64,000 bases of DNA. Source: Trueperaceae bacterium. GTDB lineage: Bacteria > Deinococcota > Deinococci > Deinococcales > Trueperaceae. A program made the position numbers and the translations under genes. Shown in pieces: positions 52,469 through 61,113 of this stretch; the stretch's first letter is position 1, and each line of letters begins with the position of its first letter. The notes below the pieces were generated by a model. That model made no database searches, had not been told where the DNA came from, and saw nothing but the letters and a program-made list of their open reading frames with translations. The DNA lies in contig OZ243927.1 of NCBI GenBank assembly GCA_965213925.1, positions 1,600,001 to 1,664,000 on the forward strand. The letters run 5' to 3'.

Positions 52469-53725
52469 TTACGCAGCCTGTCGCACCACAGCCCGCTCCC
52501 GCATCGCTAAAAGCCACTCTATCTCCGTTCGCCGAGCCCCCGAGTCCGGTTCTCCGCGCTGATACGCCAACGCCCAGTCAGCCCGCTCGACGGCTTCGTG
52601 GTAGCGCCCCTCAGCGAGCAGCAGCGCGACCTGCGCTTTGACTTGTTCCCTCTCGTCGCCGTTCAGTTCCGCCCCTCGCCCGAAGTGTACCTGCGCGGTT
52701 TCTTGATCACCGAGGTGGAAGGCGTAGAAATAGGCGGCTTCAAAGTGGAGCGTCGGGTTGAACACGGGGCTGATTGCTTGGGCGGCGGTAAGCGCCTTAT
52801 CTAAGGCATCCTTTGCAGCCTGCACATCTCCGCTGTCCAGGGCGTAGAAGTACCCCGAGATGAGCCCAGGAAAGGCTTCTGCAGGGTTGCGTTCCGGGTC
52901 GAACTGGTCGTAGGGCGCAAGCACACGCAGGTCCCAATCGCGCGGTCTGACAGAACCAAAATAGAGACCCTGGTAGCGGTAGCTCTGCTGTAACCTCTCC
53001 ACGAACGCTGGGTCACGTAAGTTGAGGAGTTGGAGACCATCGAAGAGGAAGTTGCCTACCTTTAGCGGCGCGAGATTACCTAACGCCTGCCACGCCGCGA
53101 ATGTGCCGATGGTCGTCAGCAGAAGCGCAGTGTACAGCTCCCAAGCGTAGAGTTCGTAGGGCTCGAAAGCAGCCAAACCGAGCGCCCGGTGAGCCCCGAA
53201 CGCGGTGACTGCCAAGACGAGTGAGGCGAGCGGACCTGCCAAGAGGATGAGAGCATACCTGCGGCGGAAGTGCGGGTCGTCGGGGTTCTCGGTGTGGAGG
53301 TGAGCCGCGCCGCTCGGCTTGACTCCCGCCCAGTTGTACTTGACCCTGACGCCGCGTTTGTGTGGCTCAATGTGAAGAGGTCCCACCCATATGTACAGCG
53401 TCTTGAAGCCGACCAAGCGCCCCGCTAGGGCGTGTCCCAACTCGTGCACGAAGGTCAGCAGCCATAAGAGGGGCACAGCGAGCAGAAAGGCAACGGCGAC
53501 CCCTTGGCTGTTCAATGCGCCCAAATAGTCGGTGAAAGGCGCGAAGTCGAGGTCGAGGAAGCCGCCAAGCATCCCCAAGAACAAAAAGAGCGCCAAGAGG
53601 ATAAGAACTACGCGCCCACGACCATCTTGTGCCGCGCTTGGTGGTCGGGGTTGCGGCGCGGGCACGTTCTCAGACCCCGTAGGAGTAGGTAAGTCGGTCG
53701 TTTGCGCTTTGCGAGACTGGTTCAT
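52469..53725 (-). CDS. M50 family membrane metalloprotease with TPR-like C-terminus
   Basis: HELGH, LAGPLAS, NLAP...DG. Confidence 0.85.
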   Translation of the reverse strand: MNQSRKAQTTDLPTPTGSENVPAPQPRPPSAAQDGRGRVVLILLALFLFLGMLGGFLDLDFAPFTDYLGALNSQGVAVAFLLAVPLLWLLTFVHELGHALAGRLVGFKTLYIWVGPLHIEPHKRGVRVKYNWAGVKPSGAAHLHTENPDDPHFRRRYALILLAGPLASLVLAVTAFGAHRALGLAAFEPYELYAWELYTALLLTTIGTFAAWQALGNLAPLKVGNFLFDGLQLLNLRDPAFVERLQQSYRYQGLYFGSVRPRDWDLRVLAPYDQFDPERNPAEAFPGLISGYFYALDSGDVQAAKDALDKALTAAQAISPVFNPTLHFEAAYFYAFHLGDQETAQVHFGRGAELNGDEREQVKAQVALLLAEGRYHEAVERADWALAYQRGEPDSGARRTEIEWLLAMRERAVVRQAA

Positions 53726-54461
53726 AGAGATTCCCGCTTAACTCTAGGGCAGCCGAGAGGTTTAAGCGCGTGAAACGGTCACGCCAACTTGCCTCTTCCC
53801 CTGTGAGAAATCGGGCTTGTTAGTTTCTAAGCGCTGCTCAAAAGTACCCCCCTCCCCTCGTAGTTCACGAAGCGGCAGGGGTTTAGCGCCGTGCGCCCGC
53901 TGGCTGCGTTTTATCTCGAGAAACCCTCTCGTTCCCCTACAGACGTTGCCCCGTAACCTCTTTTTGCGCAGGAGTGCAGAACCGCCCCCCTCCGGGTAGG
54001 TCTAAATCGTAAGCCGTTTTGGGCAAGCGCTTTGTCTAAACCAGCCTCGACGTGTCCCCCTGGGGTGATGAGTTTTGTACCGGAGATGCCGACTAATTTC
54101 TCCCCTTGTCTGCCCTTACTTGATCGTCTAAATTGCCCTGAACCGGACCACGCTTGCCCCCACCGCGAGCTTAAACCATGCCCACGCTGTCTTGGCAGCC
54201 GTGCTCTGCCACTGCCTCCACTCATTACGAGTGAAGGAGTTTTACATGAACCATACAGCCCGCTTTTACCGCCACCTCTTCACGCCCATTCAGTCTCTGT
54301 CCTGCCGGATGCTCACGCCTGTTACTCCGTTTAAGAACGCGCAGGAAGCGACAACTCTTCCCATAGGTGGATCACCTTGCCAGCCAGCGCCAACAAGTGA
54401 ATTTCACACCCCTACCGCGCCCCCTGGCTTACACTCAGTTTGGACTATTACCGAGGCAACA

Positions 54462-55520
54462 ATGCACCAAGAATCTCGCCGCCGCACGATCTACCTCATC
54501 GCCATCTCGATTGGGCTACCCACTTTGCTCGTCGTCTGGTGGCTTCAGCACGCTATAGACCCCTTCGTGCGCGTGGCTCACCCCCTGCTCATGGGTTATC
54601 TCGCCTGGGCTGTCATCGCCCTGAAGCGCGAGCGCGTGCCCCTAAAGGTCATCGAACAAGCGACCTTCTGGGTCAACGTAGCCTTCTGGTATAGCAACTT
54701 CGCCTACAGCCTCATCAGCGGTCACACCTTTACGGTGGGCTGGGCTGAGGTCATGAGCGTCACCATGCTCAACTTCTTTATCCTGGCTGTCCTGTCGCAC
54801 TTGGTCTTCTCGACGCGCTTTGGAGGACGGGTCAACTTGGGGCTCCTGGGTCTCTCCGCCCTCATCGGCGTGGGCGGGCTCCTGCCGGACGTGATGCAGG
54901 GGCAGCACCAACAGGAACTCACCTGGCTCATCCACTTCGAACTCGCCTTTGCGGTGCTCATCGGTTTCATCTACGTCGTCGCCAAGAGCAAAGACGATTA
55001 CACCGAAGCCGCACTCCACGCCCAAAACCTGCACACGATGGCGTATGAGGACGCGCTCACGGGGCTACCCAACCGCCGCCGGGTCGAGGGCGAGCTGGAC
55101 TGGCAAATCGAGATCAGCGGGCGCTATGGACGCCCCCTGTCGCTCATCAGCTTCGACCTGGACAAGTTCAAGAGCATCAACGACACGTTAGGTCATGCGG
55201 TGGGCGACGAGGTGCTCACCTCGGTGGCTAGGCTCGTCAAGCCCCTGCTGCGAGCGAGTGACACCTTGGGGCGTTGGGGCGGGGAGGAGTTCGTCATCGT
55301 CGTGCCGGAGTCAGACCTAGAACACGCCTCTGCCTTTGCCGAGCGCATCCGCACTGCCATCCAGCACGCCCAGCATCCGCACGGGCTTGGCGTTACCGCG
55401 AGCTTTGGGGTGGTGACGTGGGAGCCAGGGATGAGTGCTCAGGACCTCTTGGAAGTGGCGGACAGGCGGCTCTACCAAGCTAAGGCGGGTGGGAGAAACC
55501 GAGTGGCAGTGGGTGCTTGA
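54462..55520 (+). CDS. Membrane-bound diguanylate cyclase
   Basis: About 6 TM segments; DALTGLPNRR, DLDKFKSINDTLGH, RASD I-site, GGEEF; GAGG before ATG 54462. Confidence 0.93.
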   Translation: MHQESRRRTIYLIAISIGLPTLLVVWWLQHAIDPFVRVAHPLLMGYLAWAVIALKRERVPLKVIEQATFWVNVAFWYSNFAYSLISGHTFTVGWAEVMSVTMLNFFILAVLSHLVFSTRFGGRVNLGLLGLSALIGVGGLLPDVMQGQHQQELTWLIHFELAFAVLIGFIYVVAKSKDDYTEAALHAQNLHTMAYEDALTGLPNRRRVEGELDWQIEISGRYGRPLSLISFDLDKFKSINDTLGHAVGDEVLTSVARLVKPLLRASDTLGRWGGEEFVIVVPESDLEHASAFAERIRTAIQHAQHPHGLGVTASFGVVTWEPGMSAQDLLEVADRRLYQAKAGGRNRVAVGA

Positions 55521-55635
55521 CGCGCCCCCTGTGCGACGTCAACTTGCCCCGGTGAGGACCTCATCACAGGCGGGCTTACGACCCCGCTTTTCCCCGTCCT
55601 CGCCGGGAGAAGTCACATAGCGCACCTTGATCCCC

Positions 55636-55804
55636 GGTTTGCGCAGCAAACCCGCTACGCAGTAGCGGAACACGTCGGGCAAGGTTCCAATCTCGAGACC
55701 AGTCGGAGTTTGTAAGCCCTGTTTAGGGGCTGTTACCTCTCCACAACCCGCTGTACTGAATCCTGCCGGGAGTGACGCCTTCGGCGAATAGGCTTCGCCT
55801 ATTC
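55636..55804. other. Two pairs of GNA-triloop hairpins on opposite strands, candidate origin or priming signal
   Basis: GGTTTGC-GCA-GCAAACC and CCGCTAC-GCA-GTAGCGG (plus strand); CGCC-GAA-GGCG and GAATAGGC-GAA-GCCTATTC (minus strand). Confidence 0.45.
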
Positions 55805-56106
55805 CATCAATTGACCGGGAAGAGTGGGCTCAACCCTAGCCTAAACCAAACACCCCAATCGGTAGATCAACTCGATCATGCCGGGAGGGAGGAAGCAGGT
55901 ATATAAGCCCTAGCTGGTGGGGTAATAGCAGGATGAAACTCGCCCCCCTTGGAGTTCTTAACCTCTACCCCTGGGGAGTCTATAAACCCCAGCCCCCTCT
56001 ACAGGCATGGTTCTTACCCCCTGAAGAGCGTGAGGTCGAGAAGAACCGACAGGGACGAGGAAAATTGCCTTTTAGTTGAGGCTTGCCGACTTACAACCCG
56101 CGAAGT

Positions 56107-57702
56107 TTACTCTATGAGACCCCCTTCAAGTTCGGTGTGAATGTCCATCTGAGCTGCGGTGTCTTTAACGACCTGCTTAATCTTAGATTCCCACTTGGTT
56201 ATGCTTTTCGTCTTGTAGCTCACCGTGAAGCCATCGAATTGGTAGAGCGTGACTTTGAAAACCTTTTTATTTGGCTCGGCGAGCTGATAAACCGGCGCAA
56301 GTAGTCTCAACTCGGTCTGTTGGGCTCTTCTGGCGAGCACCTGCTTTGCGCTCTTACGTGTGTTGTCACCTAGATATCTGGATTCGATACCGAAGCGCTC
56401 TGCTAGGTTTGACGAGCAAAGCTCCTGCATAATCTTCTCGATCTCTTCTTCGCGAGCATCGAAGAGGTCTTGAATGATCGGAATCGCCTCGAATTTTTCG
56501 TAAAGACTATCGGGTTGACCAGAAGACAACAAGGCGCGTTTGACGTTGTGCTTCTCAGCACCAAAGACTAGCGCGTAGATAGCGGTTTTCAAATCAGGTT
56601 TGATAGTCTGGAGGTCTACTCCAAGCTCGTCCGCTAGATAAGCCCAGGCTGAACCCTGCGTTTCTAGCAGGACTTGAAGGTCCGTGACGCCCCACTTCTT
56701 CGCTACGATAGCAAGCTGAGCCGATTTCAGGTCGTACTCGTACCAGCCACGTGTGAGTTGCCGCCGAACATCTTTCCTAATACTTAAAAGGGAGGGATAA
56801 CTTCCGTACAGCCGCGCTGTCTTCTCTACCGTGTGGATCATCGGCTTCGGGCACCCTAGGATGAAGAGGAGTTGCCCCCAAGCCTGATGCTGGGAGCGTT
56901 CAGTCCTACCCATACAGTTTGCTAGGTGTTGAATTGCAGTCTCGCGGTTCTTCTTCACGATGTCAGAGAACACTTGGATATCGAGCCCGTTCTGGTACTC
57001 GACAATCATCTCGCTATCTGACTTGAGCTTTTCAGACACAATTTCCCAATCTGAGCTAAAGCACGGCATAGGCTTTACAGAGCTGTAAGGGGCAGACAAA
57101 TCTTCTAAATTGGTAAGTTTCTGAGCTGGGAAGAGTGATTGAAGATGGCTGATGGTAGAGGATGAGTCTGCTATGTCGACATGCAAGGGTATCGACGCTG
57201 CCTGCTCGAAAACCGCTCCGCGCCAGTCTGCTTGAATCTGGCGCGTGACCTTCTTGCCGGTCGAGAGGACTACCTCATCCTCTTTGCCCTCTTTAAGGTC
57301 CCGCCACATCAGCTCGCGTAAAGCCTCTGCCTCTGGACCGAGCCCTGTGTTTTCAACCTCACGCGCTTTACCTTGCTTGTACCTTTCATGTGTATGGTCA
57401 GTATACTCGAAGCCCGGCACAACATCCCTTTTGAAAGCCTCTAAGAATCTATAGCCCACGTAGTTTGAATTCGCCTTTTTGCCCTCAAACGAAGCGAGCT
57501 TCTCCCTGGATATCACGATATTGCCCAGCTCATCTTCATCGCCTATTTCATCGCTATCTTTTTCTTCTTTATTGTCAAACTTAGACGGAAAAAGCAAATA
57601 CATCATTAGATGCCAGTATGCCGGGTTCTTCTCCAGCCCTGAATAGGCTTGCACAACTGCTTCTCTAAATCTTCTGCTGCCCGTAGTCCTCGCGTAGCTC
57701 AT
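56107..57702 (-). CDS. Divergent family A DNA polymerase-like protein without exonuclease domains
   Basis: TARLYG, motif A YDLKSAQL, motif B KTAIYALVFG, AQQTE, motif C LYQFDGF in canonical order. Confidence 0.7.
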   Translation of the reverse strand: MSYARTTGSRRFREAVVQAYSGLEKNPAYWHLMMYLLFPSKFDNKEEKDSDEIGDEDELGNIVISREKLASFEGKKANSNYVGYRFLEAFKRDVVPGFEYTDHTHERYKQGKAREVENTGLGPEAEALRELMWRDLKEGKEDEVVLSTGKKVTRQIQADWRGAVFEQAASIPLHVDIADSSSTISHLQSLFPAQKLTNLEDLSAPYSSVKPMPCFSSDWEIVSEKLKSDSEMIVEYQNGLDIQVFSDIVKKNRETAIQHLANCMGRTERSQHQAWGQLLFILGCPKPMIHTVEKTARLYGSYPSLLSIRKDVRRQLTRGWYEYDLKSAQLAIVAKKWGVTDLQVLLETQGSAWAYLADELGVDLQTIKPDLKTAIYALVFGAEKHNVKRALLSSGQPDSLYEKFEAIPIIQDLFDAREEEIEKIMQELCSSNLAERFGIESRYLGDNTRKSAKQVLARRAQQTELRLLAPVYQLAEPNKKVFKVTLYQFDGFTVSYKTKSITKWESKIKQVVKDTAAQMDIHTELEGGLIE

Positions 57703-57840
57703 TGTAAGTTCTCCGCTGTCGTAGATTCATTGACCTCAAAGCCCCACATCACCACAAAGCCCCAGACTCAGCAGTTAAAAACTTCTTGCGAGAGGGAATT
57801 CTCTATACCAAAGCCCACCCATGCGTTAAACTTCTCAAAG

Positions 57841-58122
57841 ATGTCAGCTCAACTCACGACCAACCACGCTAAGATCATCAACGAACTCTGGCAAGCCGCC
57901 GTCAACCTACGCGGCTCAATAGAACCTGCCGACTACAAGCGCTACGTCCTGACGATCATCTTCCTGCGCTTCTTGTCACTGGGCTACGAGCGCAGGTGTG
58001 AGGCGCTTCAAGCGCTGACTGACGACCCCGAGAGCGAGTACCACACGACCGCCCCGGAGGTCGCTGAGAGCATCTTAGAAAACGAGACATTCCTCACGCG
58101 ACATAACTTTTCTCGTGTGTAA
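57841..58122 (+). pseudogene. hsdM: Truncated type I restriction-modification M subunit, N-terminal fragment
   Basis: ELWQAAVNLRGSIEPADYKRYVLTIIFLRFLS; stops after 93 aa without methyltransferase motifs. Confidence 0.85.
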
Positions 58123-58185
58123 CAATACGCTTATTTAACCGGGCTGAAGGGCGTTCTTAGAGGTCTTTGCACCGGCAGTGGAGTT

Positions 58186-61113
58186 TTGACCTTGGCTCAT
58201 GAATTTCAACCAGGCATGATCATTCGGGCGCGGGGCAGACTGTGGCGCGTAGACAGCGTTGACGCTTCGACCGTGACCGGCACGAGCCTCGACAGCCCCG
58301 ACGCTAGATCGCGCCGCTTTTTCGTCCCCTTTGAAGGGCGCGGCATCACGGTTGCGCAGATGGACCTTCCGCCAGCGGTGGAGGGCGACGCGGTCCTGCA
58401 CGACCTCTTCTTACGCGCGACGCGCATGACGATGATGCACGGCACCGCGCCCCTCGCGAGCCTCCAGCGCTCGCGCGTGATCCCCACGAACTACCAGCTT
58501 GTCCCGGTCATGATGGCGCTCGACATGCCCCGCGTGCGTATCCTGATCGCTGATGACGTAGGGCTCGGCAAAACCGTCGAGGCTGGGCTTATCACCTCGG
58601 AACTTCTCGCGCGTAAGCAAGCTGAGCGCGTGCTCGTTCTCACCCCTGCGAACCTCAAGGATCAGTGGCGCGAAGCCTTTTCACACTTTTTCCACCTCAA
58701 TCTCGAGTCGCTAAGCACCCCTGAGATTCGTAAGCTCGGCAGGCGGCTACCGCCCGGCGCGAACCCCTGGTCGCACTTCCCCTTCGTGGCGGCGAGCATC
58801 GACTACGCCAAGCAGGACAGCGTCAAGAACCTCATCTTGAGCCAGAGCTGGGATTTGGTCATCGTCGATGAGGCGCACGGTTCGGCTGCGCCTACGGCGG
58901 GTGCGAGAGGTTCAGGTAACAAAGACCGCTACGAGTTCGTTCAGGACCTCGCTCGCCGCTGCCGCCATCTGGTCCTTGCCACCGCGACCCCGCACAATGG
59001 CTACACCGCCTCGTTCGCGAGCCTTTTGCGGCTCCTCGACGAGACGTATTCCCCGGAGGGTCGTCTCGAACAACCCCTGCAACTCGTGGACGGCGACCTG
59101 CACGAGCCGATCATCCGCCGCCGCCGCGCCGAGCGTCACGTGATTCAGCGCCGCCGCCAAGACGTGCAGAACTGGTTTGTCAAAGAGAATAAGCGCTCGC
59201 CCTTCCCGGAGCGCAACAGCCGCGAGGTGTTTATCGAGCCGAGCCGCCCCGAGCTTGAGGTCTACCACGCCTTCCAGAGCTACCAGCGCTTCATCTTCGA
59301 GGGTAAGGAGAGCAAAGACGTGCACGTGCTGGCTCGCTGGATGGTCATGCACTTTTTGCGCCGCGCGACAAGCTCACCGAACGCGCTCAAGGTGTCTTTG
59401 CGCAAGCGCACCGAGAAGCTGAAGCGCAAACTCGAACGCCCGGACGAGGGCGACGAAAACGAGCGAGTCAGCAGCCCAGTCGAGCAGGCGCTCAAGGGCG
59501 CGACCCTCGATGCGGGCGACACCGACCTCTTCGCAGAGGAAGAACTCGACGACAAGCTCGACAAGCTGAGCATCTTGCAGCGCTCGGAGATAAGGGCGGA
59601 GATAGGCTTTTTAGAGGGCATCTTAGACGCCGTGAACCGCTGGCGACCCGGCTCGGACACGAAGCTCAAAAAGCTCAAGAGCCTCCTGAACGACTACAGC
59701 GAGTTGGGGCGCTATCCCCGCACCATCATCTTCACCCGCTACCTCGACACCATGACCTATTTAGCGAGCGAACTCGCCAAAGAGAAGGTTTTCGACATCT
59801 TCACGGTGGACGGGTCGCTGAGCGACAAAGCGCGCGCCGAGCGCATCCGCGACTTTGGACGCGCCGAGCGCGGCTTGCTGATTGCAACCGACGCGATCAG
59901 CGAAGGGCTCAACTTGCAGTTCGTCGCCAACCAGCTCGTCCACTACGAGCTTCCCTGGAACCCGAACCGCTTGGAGCAGCGCAACGGGCGGGTGGACCGC
60001 TTCAAGCAGCCCGAGGCGGAGGTGCGCATCCGCACCCTGATCAACGAACGCTCCTTCGACCTGGTGGTGTTTCGCAAGCTCATCGGCAAGGCGCAGCGTA
60101 TCCGCGAGGCTTACGGCTTTTTGCCCCCCTACTTCAGCGATGAGAAGTATTCCGAAGACCTCATCGGCGAGTTGATCGACGAGAACCTCACCGAACAGCG
60201 TTTCTTGCAGCCCGGTCTCTTCAACCAAGCGTCTCCCGAAGAGATTACCGAAGAGGAGCGGCTCGCCGCCGACAAGATGCGAGAAGAGTCGTTCTACGGT
60301 CACGCGACCTTTAACCTCCCGGACGTCGAGGAGCGCCTCCAGGCGTCGCAAGACGTCATCGGCAGCCCGAAAGAGGTCGAGCAGCTTGTCGTGCAGGCAC
60401 TTAGATACCTCGACTGGCGCGTGGACGAGCGGCGCGGCGTCTACCACGTCCAGCGCGGCGGTGCTGAGCCTATCGCCGGAGTCCCTGACGACTTGGGGCT
60501 CATCACCTTCGACGCGGACGTCGCGGTTATGAACCCAGACGTCAATCACCTAGACATCGCTCACCCCGTTGTGACGCGGCTGCTGACCTACATCAGGCGC
60601 ATGAGCTACGGCAGCCTCAAAGACGCACGCACGGCGGTCGTGACGCGGCTACTGCCTGCGGGCACCCCGGCGCACGCCGTGTTCCACACCCGCGCCCGCT
60701 ACATAGTCGGGCGAAACGGTGGAGGAGACGGCAAGCAGAGCAGTAGGCAAGGCAGCAAGCAACTCGTCGAGGCGCTCGTACCCGTCGGCGTGGACCTCAT
60801 GACGGGCGAGGTTGCGCCCCACGCGCTCACCCTCCAGCTTTTGACGGCGGAGCCGCGCCCTTCGACCTTTACAGGGGCGTCCGTGCGGACGTTCATCGAC
60901 AAGGCGCTCCACCTCCCCAAGCTGCGCGACATCGTCTCGGCGGCGGTGCAGCGCAAAGGCGAGGAACTGCGCGAGGAGCGCAGAAAGTTGCGTGCCAAAC
61001 TCGAGGAAACCTACCCCAGCCAGTCCACCTGGTTAGAGGGCATCGACGAGATTCACCCAGCCGCCCACGATATCCTGGCGCTGAGCGTCGTCGTCCCGGC
61101 GAGGCGGAGCTGA
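58186..61113 (+). CDS. SNF2-family helicase, DISARM DrmD-like
   Basis: RILIADDVGLGKTVEAG, DEAH, TATPHNG, SEGLNLQ, LPWNPNRLEQRNGRVDR. Confidence 0.9.
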   Translation: MTLAHEFQPGMIIRARGRLWRVDSVDASTVTGTSLDSPDARSRRFFVPFEGRGITVAQMDLPPAVEGDAVLHDLFLRATRMTMMHGTAPLASLQRSRVIPTNYQLVPVMMALDMPRVRILIADDVGLGKTVEAGLITSELLARKQAERVLVLTPANLKDQWREAFSHFFHLNLESLSTPEIRKLGRRLPPGANPWSHFPFVAASIDYAKQDSVKNLILSQSWDLVIVDEAHGSAAPTAGARGSGNKDRYEFVQDLARRCRHLVLATATPHNGYTASFASLLRLLDETYSPEGRLEQPLQLVDGDLHEPIIRRRRAERHVIQRRRQDVQNWFVKENKRSPFPERNSREVFIEPSRPELEVYHAFQSYQRFIFEGKESKDVHVLARWMVMHFLRRATSSPNALKVSLRKRTEKLKRKLERPDEGDENERVSSPVEQALKGATLDAGDTDLFAEEELDDKLDKLSILQRSEIRAEIGFLEGILDAVNRWRPGSDTKLKKLKSLLNDYSELGRYPRTIIFTRYLDTMTYLASELAKEKVFDIFTVDGSLSDKARAERIRDFGRAERGLLIATDAISEGLNLQFVANQLVHYELPWNPNRLEQRNGRVDRFKQPEAEVRIRTLINERSFDLVVFRKLIGKAQRIREAYGFLPPYFSDEKYSEDLIGELIDENLTEQRFLQPGLFNQASPEEITEEERLAADKMREESFYGHATFNLPDVEERLQASQDVIGSPKEVEQLVVQALRYLDWRVDERRGVYHVQRGGAEPIAGVPDDLGLITFDADVAVMNPDVNHLDIAHPVVTRLLTYIRRMSYGSLKDARTAVVTRLLPAGTPAHAVFHTRARYIVGRNGGGDGKQSSRQGSKQLVEALVPVGVDLMTGEVAPHALTLQLLTAEPRPSTFTGASVRTFIDKALHLPKLRDIVSAAVQRKGEELREERRKLRAKLEETYPSQSTWLEGIDEIHPAAHDILALSVVVPARRS

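Noticed and set aside
53726..54461. c-di-GMP riboswitch before the diguanylate cyclase, and the longer 54192 start
   Set aside because: No GEMM consensus seen; the N-terminal extension looks non-coding and ATG 54462 has an RBS
56107..57702. Reverse transcriptase or retron interpretation
   Set aside because: No YxDD motif; motif order fits family A polymerases
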